A stretch of 50,097 bases of DNA from a virus (Duplodnaviria > Caudoviricetes): positions 1 to 50,097 of the IMG/VR virus record IMGVR_UViG_3300030393_000004; one strand, written 5' to 3'. Within the stretch, counting starts at the first letter, position 1. Every line of letters starts with the position of its first letter. The position numbers were made by a program, and so were the translations under genes. Positions 44,409 through 50,097 of this stretch are shown here, piece by piece. Below the pieces are notes generated by a model, which saw nothing but the letters and a program-made list of their open reading frames with translations, was not told the DNA's origin and did not search any database.

Positions 44409-46025
44409 TTATGCATCCTCTTCGTTATTATTCTGCTCTGTATTACTAGAACCAGACTCGTTATTTTCAATTATACTCGGTTGACGCTTTTCTGCAAAAT
44501 CACCCAATGCTTCCATAACTTGCGCTTTCTTAGCGTTTTCGTGTATGAGCTGCATCATGATTAGGTTGTTCTTGCGACCGAACAGCGCTTTAGATGCCAT
44601 TTCATGTGTCGCTAGTCCTGCATCAATTGCATCTGTCCAGCCTTTCACCTCTTTCACAAAGTCAGCGTTAAGCTTAACAGAGCCAGACCAATCGGATTGT
44701 GTCCACGCGCCAACCAAAGCGTATTGGTTTGGATCGTCCCATGCTTCAACCATGCCCGGCGCTTTAATGTTGCCTTTCACCGCTTCCACATACAGCCACT
44801 CTTTGTAAAGCGGCTGGTCGTTGGTCACGGTTGTTGCTGCGCGCTCTGAATCCAAGAACATATTGAACTCAGCCGTTGCTTGTTTGGATGCTGCGTAGTT
44901 AGAACCAAAAGACATCTTCAAGATTTCTGGCGGCATACCTTTAGACCATGCCACTGAGTTTATGATCGCTGCTTCAAAGTCACCAAAAGATAAATCGGTA
45001 CCATCGCTACCCATCATCTTGATTTTGTGGCCTGCTGGCATGTCGTCAATAAACACACCTGGATTAAAGTTCTTTAGGTTAAGCTTGTAACTGCCGTCAT
45101 TGCTCGAAATGTTAGCCGAACGACTTGCCGCGCTTGCTAATGGTTTGGCCCCAATGGTGTCTGCGTCTTTTTCTACAGCCAACGCCAAGAATGAAGTTGC
45201 TAAAGCCTTGCGTTGTACGCTGTCACGGTAGCGATCAATCTCTCGTAGTGATTGAAGCACGTTGCCGATCAGTGGCATACCACGAGCTTGGCCCATAATG
45301 CGCTTACCAGGACGGTATAAATTAGCCACACGGCGACCAGAACGAGCGCCAACACGCGGATAACGAACGTATTCCCCATCTTCTTTCAATACGTGGTAGG
45401 CAATTTCACGGCCTTGCGCGTCAAATTCAACACCATGCTCTAGATAATGACCATCAGCAACGCCGCCGTCACCATCTAAAGGTGATTGAATGCAATTGGA
45501 GCTAATTAACTGGATCTTAGGTAGATTCGTCTTTTTATCGAAGTGATGCACCACCAGTACGTCACCCTCGACCAAAGCCTGCAATTCACGCTGTGTTTGG
45601 AGCTGTGAGAGTGTCTTTTCGCCGTAATAATCCACTAATTGCGGGTTATTGCAGTACATGGTGAAACGAGCTTCTACGTCATCCGTCCACTTGTTTAGGG
45701 TTTCTTGCTCAACACCTAAAATGCTAGCGACTGGTTTAGCTTCAAGCGTTAAGCCAGTGTTGATGATGTTGGTGATGAAGCGGTTGATCAGACCTTCGGC
45801 GTAGATGTTCTCGTTATAAAGTTGGATAGAGCGATTACGCAATGACCAGTAGTCGATCAACTGTAATTGAGTTGCGCCGAATCCGCCGACGAACTTGTCG
45901 CCTGAAAGGGTCGCGTACTCAAAAGGTGGTGAGTAATTACCTGCCGCAGCAGAGGGTAATTGGTCTACGCCGATCACTGGTGTTTTTGGCGCGCTTGCGA
46001 ATAGGTTTTTTAGTTTATCGAACAT
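44409..46025 (-). CDS. Portal protein (lambda family)
   Basis: LR.RS..L..EN..A.G, GVEFD..GR..AY, GQ.RG.P, NYAAS motifs. Confidence 0.92.
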   Translation of the reverse strand: MFDKLKNLFASAPKTPVIGVDQLPSAAAGNYSPPFEYATLSGDKFVGGFGATQLQLIDYWSLRNRSIQLYNENIYAEGLINRFITNIINTGLTLEAKPVASILGVEQETLNKWTDDVEARFTMYCNNPQLVDYYGEKTLSQLQTQRELQALVEGDVLVVHHFDKKTNLPKIQLISSNCIQSPLDGDGGVADGHYLEHGVEFDAQGREIAYHVLKEDGEYVRYPRVGARSGRRVANLYRPGKRIMGQARGMPLIGNVLQSLREIDRYRDSVQRKALATSFLALAVEKDADTIGAKPLASAASRSANISSNDGSYKLNLKNFNPGVFIDDMPAGHKIKMMGSDGTDLSFGDFEAAIINSVAWSKGMPPEILKMSFGSNYAASKQATAEFNMFLDSERAATTVTNDQPLYKEWLYVEAVKGNIKAPGMVEAWDDPNQYALVGAWTQSDWSGSVKLNADFVKEVKGWTDAIDAGLATHEMASKALFGRKNNLIMMQLIHENAKKAQVMEALGDFAEKRQPSIIENNESGSSNTEQNNNEEDA

Positions 46026-46034
46026 TGTTTATAC

Positions 46035-46292
46035 CTACCATGCAGGTCCTGCGTTAAATGAACCACTATCCAAGCCGCAGCGTTGGCGTAAAGTGTCTCG
46101 GCGTGCCAATAGACTATCAATGTATGCTTGAAGGTCTTTCAAGTTAGCTTTAGTAACTGTTTGTACCGTCTGCCCTGAGTTGAACGTGTAGCTTTCAATA
46201 GCATCGGTGCTCAATTCCAAACTAGCCGTCATAGCCGCTGTTATATTGACTTCAATGTCGCTAATCAATCCACATAAAAATGAATCGCTCAT
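46035..46292 (-). CDS. Head completion protein (lambda gpW-like)
   Basis: SYT...GQ....VTKANL..L..YI; between terL and portal; GGAG RBS, ATG 46292. Confidence 0.7.
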   Translation of the reverse strand: MSDSFLCGLISDIEVNITAAMTASLELSTDAIESYTFNSGQTVQTVTKANLKDLQAYIDSLLARRDTLRQRCGLDSGSFNAGPAW

Positions 46293-46313
46293 AAATATTT
46301 TGCTCCAGATGTT

Positions 46314-46349
46314 AAAAAAGGTGCGATTAACTAAGTTTATCACACCTTT
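46314..46349 (-). terminator. Terminator hairpin with extended -10 in its 5' arm
   Basis: AAAGGTGTGATAAAC/GTTAATCGCACCTTT plus T-run; TGA-TAAACT at 46342-46334. Confidence 0.6.
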
Positions 46350-46359
46350 GTTGGGTTGG

Positions 46360-48318
46360 TTATTGTTCGTAGAATACCGGTAAGCCGTTGTTGCCTGTTT
46401 TGCAGTATTCGAAAAATTCAATCCAATTCACAATGTCACGGCCTGATTGTCGAATCATGATATCCCAAGCGAGAATGTCGAGTGTAGCGTTATTGTACAC
46501 AAGCAAATCCCAGTTCTCGTTGTCGCCTTTGCGATCCCATTTAAAACCTTGAATAGCACCTGTTGCTGGATCTTTAACTGGAACTTTAGTTTCAGCTTTA
46601 AATTCCATCATTTGCTCACGCGTCATGTCGATCGGGAAGTTAATGCAGTATTCGTGCTGCATTTCTGGCTCTGACCACTTACGATTGAGTGATGAGTACC
46701 ATCTATCCTTGTACATATTTGTGTTCAAATTCGCCACTGGTACACCCAGTTTTGTCTCTGTCATCTTGAACTCAGAGAATGTAGACCCCTTTTGCGCACC
46801 AGGTAAACCCTTAATTGGGATCACTCCGTCAGTGTCGTAACAAAATTCTAGTACTTCATGTTGAGCGTAACCAGAATCTATTGCTGTTAGTTGGATTCTG
46901 TATTTCTTGCCATCGTCTGCAATATAGACCTTGTTGTAGATCATATCCTTCAACGTTGTCCACGGTTCAGACTGTAGGTTGTGGCAATCGCCATAAAGCC
47001 TAAATGAATCAACCAAGAAAGAACGGTTTCTATCAGCCCATCCGTACACAGCAACAGCTAGGTTATTTTTATGCACATCGACTGCGCAAGTCAGTACTAA
47101 GATCTCACTGCCACAATGTTTGATTGCGAAGTTATTAGGAACTTCACCAAGTCGGTAGGCTGTGCGCCTGTGTGAAGCAACGCCGCTGTATTTAAGTCTG
47201 TCTGTCAGTACTTCAAACGGTTCGCCAAGGACATTGTTGTAAAAGGTTCTAAGCTTGTCGTTATCTCTTGATTCGTTCTTTACAACGTCCCAACACTCAA
47301 ACCAGTCTCTTACACATGCCTCAAAGCTCTTCATGCCAACTGGTGAATATAGTGCGTTAATGAAATAGCTTCGTCTTGTTTTGTCTTCACACTCTGCAGT
47401 TGCTCGCCACTCACCAGCGTTAAGCATTTTTGTTTTGTCTGCGTTCTTGTGTGATTCGCCACAGTACTTGCAAATGTATCGAACAGAATCAATATCAAGT
47501 CGGCCATTGTCGTGCTCGAAAACAAGGCCATAAACTTCGCCAGTTTCTTTATTGGTCTTGTTCCACTCTAGTGTCTGCATCATTTCGCATTTCTTGCATG
47601 GAACGAAGTACTTACGTTGATCGCCAAGCTTGTAGTTGTCATCAATAATTGAGTTGCCCTTTTCCAAAGGCGTAGACAACATGCACACTTTTTTAGATTG
47701 GGTATAACCTGCGGTACGGTCGATAGCTAGTTTTACTGGAGAACCGTCACGGCCTACCGATTTTTTATAACCATCAACCTCATCCAAGAATAAGTACTGA
47801 ATAGAGAATGAACGCAGCTTACCCGGCGAGTTACTACCAAAGAAAAGGCCATAACCACCACCGAACCATGATAAGCGGTCTTTTGTCTTACCTGTTTTGC
47901 GCCCATTAGTTTCTGCGTCGTTCGCTTGAATCAGGTGATCAAGGTTTGAATGCTGAAGCATGGGACCAATATTCTGTTCTAGTCTCAGCTTGGCCACGGT
48001 ATCGTCAACCGTCAAGATCATAGCTGGCGCATTCTTCACGTGGGCTATACAGTACAGCAGGCCGGATTCGACCAAAGCCACGGTTGCTCCTACTTGTGCA
48101 CTTTTTTTAACGGCTATCGTTCTGATTGGAGAAGACAAGGAAAGGCAGTCAACAACCTCACGCCAGAACGGAGTAACATCAAACGAGTAATAGCCGGGCA
48201 TTGGCGACACACTGGCGGGTAAATACCGTGTCGATTCTGTGAACTCGGATACAGATAAAACGTTGTGCGTATCCTTTAGGGCGCTGAACTGATCAATTAG
48301 CCATTCGCTATCATTCAT
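46360..48318 (-). CDS. terL: Terminase large subunit (lambda GpA family)
   Basis: TPFWRE, KSAQVGAT, LFLDEVDGY, STP, GDQRKYFVPC..C, ALYSP, FYNNVLGEP, AVDV, IDSG, NE..D. Confidence 0.95.
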   Translation of the reverse strand: MNDSEWLIDQFSALKDTHNVLSVSEFTESTRYLPASVSPMPGYYSFDVTPFWREVVDCLSLSSPIRTIAVKKSAQVGATVALVESGLLYCIAHVKNAPAMILTVDDTVAKLRLEQNIGPMLQHSNLDHLIQANDAETNGRKTGKTKDRLSWFGGGYGLFFGSNSPGKLRSFSIQYLFLDEVDGYKKSVGRDGSPVKLAIDRTAGYTQSKKVCMLSTPLEKGNSIIDDNYKLGDQRKYFVPCKKCEMMQTLEWNKTNKETGEVYGLVFEHDNGRLDIDSVRYICKYCGESHKNADKTKMLNAGEWRATAECEDKTRRSYFINALYSPVGMKSFEACVRDWFECWDVVKNESRDNDKLRTFYNNVLGEPFEVLTDRLKYSGVASHRRTAYRLGEVPNNFAIKHCGSEILVLTCAVDVHKNNLAVAVYGWADRNRSFLVDSFRLYGDCHNLQSEPWTTLKDMIYNKVYIADDGKKYRIQLTAIDSGYAQHEVLEFCYDTDGVIPIKGLPGAQKGSTFSEFKMTETKLGVPVANLNTNMYKDRWYSSLNRKWSEPEMQHEYCINFPIDMTREQMMEFKAETKVPVKDPATGAIQGFKWDRKGDNENWDLLVYNNATLDILAWDIMIRQSGRDIVNWIEFFEYCKTGNNGLPVFYEQ

Positions 48319-49028
48319 TATTCCGCTCCAATATTTCTAACAATTTGCGCTTTGGCGTTTTGAATAGGCTTGCTGATCTCACCACGCACTGTCTTTGTTG
48401 CTTCTTCTATGGTATCGCCAGATTCGCAATGCGCGTAGATCTTTGTTGCAATCGTAACGGCAGAGTCAACCAGTAGCCTTGAATTCATTTCCTCAAGAAA
48501 ACCAAACACACTTTTTTTCATTGCCTCGCGCTTTACTACTTCACCGGTCTTTTCTTCAACCTTGATTTCGCGCTCGACAATTTCAACTTGAGTTTTTTTG
48601 GCTTGTAACCATCCACGGTAAGATTCATCTGATCCGAAATATGCCACCAACTCATTTAGAGTTAAATTACCATGGTCTGAGATATCGACTTGCTCAACGG
48701 TTTTGTTTTGAGTGGCGGTTATTTTTGGTCTTGGCTTTTCGCTTTGAGTTCCAGTTCCGGAGCTTCGTCTAGACTTAGCGAGTTTACTTTCACTCTGAGA
48801 TACTGGTGTGGTTGCCAAATGGCTAGTTCGTTCTTCTGCTGGTTTTAATTGATTTGAAATATCAGCGCCTTTGCTTTGCATGAACGCATGCATAACAGGA
48901 TGATTGATATCAATCTTGGTGCCGATCTTAGCTTCTTGGCAATGCTCTTTTACATATCGAGTGATATATTGTCTCGACACTCCGCATGCTGCGCTTATTT
49001 TTGATGCTGGATATAGTCGTTGTTCCAT
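48318..49028 (-). CDS. terS: Terminase small subunit
   Basis: N-terminal HTH (ISAACGVSRQYIT), coiled C-terminus with GEVV.R; coupled to terL; ATG 49028 favoured. Confidence 0.8.
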   Translation of the reverse strand: MEQRLYPASKISAACGVSRQYITRYVKEHCQEAKIGTKIDINHPVMHAFMQSKGADISNQLKPAEERTSHLATTPVSQSESKLAKSRRSSGTGTQSEKPRPKITATQNKTVEQVDISDHGNLTLNELVAYFGSDESYRGWLQAKKTQVEIVEREIKVEEKTGEVVKREAMKKSVFGFLEEMNSRLLVDSAVTIATKIYAHCESGDTIEEATKTVRGEISKPIQNAKAQIVRNIGAE

Positions 49029-49036
49029 AGAAAAGA

Positions 49037-49071
49037 CCTGAGTGTTATTTCCCATAATGTTAACACTCAGG
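49037..49071 (-). promoter_or_regulatory. RBS-occluding hairpin with embedded extended -10
   Basis: CCTGAGTGTTA/TAACACTCAGG perfect 11-bp inverted repeat; TGT-TAACAT at 49065-49057. Confidence 0.65.
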
Positions 49072-49102
49072 GTTTACGTTTACAAAATCAGTTTACGTTT
49101 AC
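49072..49102. repeat. GTTTACGTTTAC twice
   Basis: 49072-49083 and 49091-49102; single GTTTACG also at 50043. Confidence 0.8.
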
Positions 49103-49935
49103 ACTTTTGTCCACCCTTTGTATGTTTTGATTTTTCCTGTTTTAAGTTGGTGAAAGCTAGTTGTATTTAGGTTGCTGTCCCTGCAGAATTGCGTCAAATT
49201 CTCAATGGTAACAACTGTCCCTGACGGGTTCCTAAATGTATGAGTTTTTGAGAAAGCTGCAACTGAGTTTTCGTTGTGGGTTACAAGAAGGCATGTATCT
49301 GGGCCATAAACTTTATTACCTTTAACTTTGATGTCTTTGTCTAACTCGTAACTCACCCCATCGTCTGGGTAATTATCAACAAACCATCCTGCGAAATTCT
49401 GGAAATTATGCCATTTTGGATCGACAGTGCAACCTGCATAGGTTGGTCTTACATTCAGGCTATTTTTGCTGTAACAACGCCTTAGCATGTCAGACCACTT
49501 AGTGTGCGCAAGTTGGATTAATTCTGAGTCGCAGGTGTTATATTCTCCGACACCATAAAAGCCAACCCCTTGAACTCTGGGGAAAAATGGATCTTTAATC
49601 TTTCCAGATTCTATTTCTTTTTTAGCTCTAACGGTTGTGTATCCAGTTAGGATAAATCTAACCTCAATACTTCTTGCATCGTTGTATTTAACAATCTCAA
49701 GATCACCGTTGAATTTAGTGCTATACACAGTGCCAGATTTGTATCCAGTAGGTATTAACAGCTTGTCTGTTACGTATCCTCTTCGAATGTCATGAGAGGT
49801 TGATGTGGCAATGAAACCAGTGGCTTCAAATTCAACATCAACACACTTGCTATTATGGTATTTAATGACAGTCAGAACTCCGCACTTTGTAGTTGAGTGC
49901 TTTGTACCTGTGATCATGTCTTGTGGAATTTTCAT
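49099..49935 (-). CDS. HNH-like homing endonuclease, paralog of 1992-2747
   Basis: Two copies of the N-terminal module; W..ML.RC, CTVD..W..F..F..W, ELDKD....NKVY.P.TC. Confidence 0.78.
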   Translation of the reverse strand: MKIPQDMITGTKHSTTKCGVLTVIKYHNSKCVDVEFEATGFIATSTSHDIRRGYVTDKLLIPTGYKSGTVYSTKFNGDLEIVKYNDARSIEVRFILTGYTTVRAKKEIESGKIKDPFFPRVQGVGFYGVGEYNTCDSELIQLAHTKWSDMLRRCYSKNSLNVRPTYAGCTVDPKWHNFQNFAGWFVDNYPDDGVSYELDKDIKVKGNKVYGPDTCLLVTHNENSVAAFSKTHTFRNPSGTVVTIENLTQFCRDSNLNTTSFHQLKTGKIKTYKGWTKV

Positions 49936-50085
49936 AAGAACCTCTTCTAGATTTAAAAGAGGCTAGGCTCGCGACCTTTCGGCTAACTCGGTTACTTTCG
50001 CGCTTTGTGCCTTGCTGGATTTATATACTAACACCCATGTTAGTTTACGGCAATAAGAATTCCCACTTTGTGAAATTTGCTCGCG

Positions 50086-50097
50086 GCAGATTTGAAC
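50086..50097. repeat. Right copy of 12-bp terminal repeat
   Basis: Identical to 1-12. Confidence 0.75.

Noticed and set aside
342-48222. Many antisense or nested ORFs in the track (e.g. 431-883, 3674-3946, 8417-8914, 22585-22947, 36208-36630)
   Set aside because: They shadow well-supported genes, lack RBSs and show antisense-type composition
23260-49055. Longer N-termini in the ORF track (23497, 27200, 37242, 41749, 46421, 49055)
   Set aside because: Extensions overlap promoters or upstream genes; downstream ATGs have better RBSs
49960-50015. c-di-GMP-I riboswitch or hammerhead ribozyme
   Set aside because: Has a GNRA hairpin but lacks the GEMM consensus and the CUGANGA core
1-50097. CRISPR array, tRNA/rRNA, integrase, reverse transcriptase/DGR, intron or intein
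   Set aside because: No regularly spaced repeats, cloverleafs or catalytic motifs seen by eye; large genes have ordinary lengths and continuous frames. tRNAscan/Infernal could not be run.

Overview
The window looks like an essentially complete ~50 kb dsDNA tailed phage genome, bounded by a 12-bp direct terminal repeat (GCAGATTTGAAC) that is probably a cos end. It joins a lambda-type head and packaging module (small terminase, GpA-type large terminase, portal, S49 protease/scaffold, decoration protein, gpE-type capsid) to a Mu-type contractile tail (sheath, tube, frameshifting chaperone, tape measure, gpN/P/45/46/47/48-like proteins, fibre/depolymerase). It also carries Bet/exonuclease recombination genes, a P4-alpha-like primase-helicase next to an AT-rich putative origin, an SF2 helicase, a VRR-NUC nuclease, an MT-A70 methylase, a MazG-like enzyme, lysis genes and several free-standing HNH/Vsr-type nucleases. 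I saw no integrase, DNA polymerase, tRNA or CRISPR array. A marine Gammaproteobacterial host such as Vibrio is my inference from gene content only. All family calls come from motifs read by eye, not database searches. Most notable: (1) a recurring cis-module where a -10 box lacking a good -35 sits in or beside an RBS-occluding or terminator hairpin at each restart of the structural operon; (2) a free-standing paralog of the primase-helicase C-terminal domain across the origin; (3) a branched leader RNA whose loop is complementary to the phage's recurrent ACAGGAC RBS; (4) gene cassettes inserted with duplicated RBS/start or gene-end sequences; (5) a PAPS-reductase-family island inside the baseplate operon.
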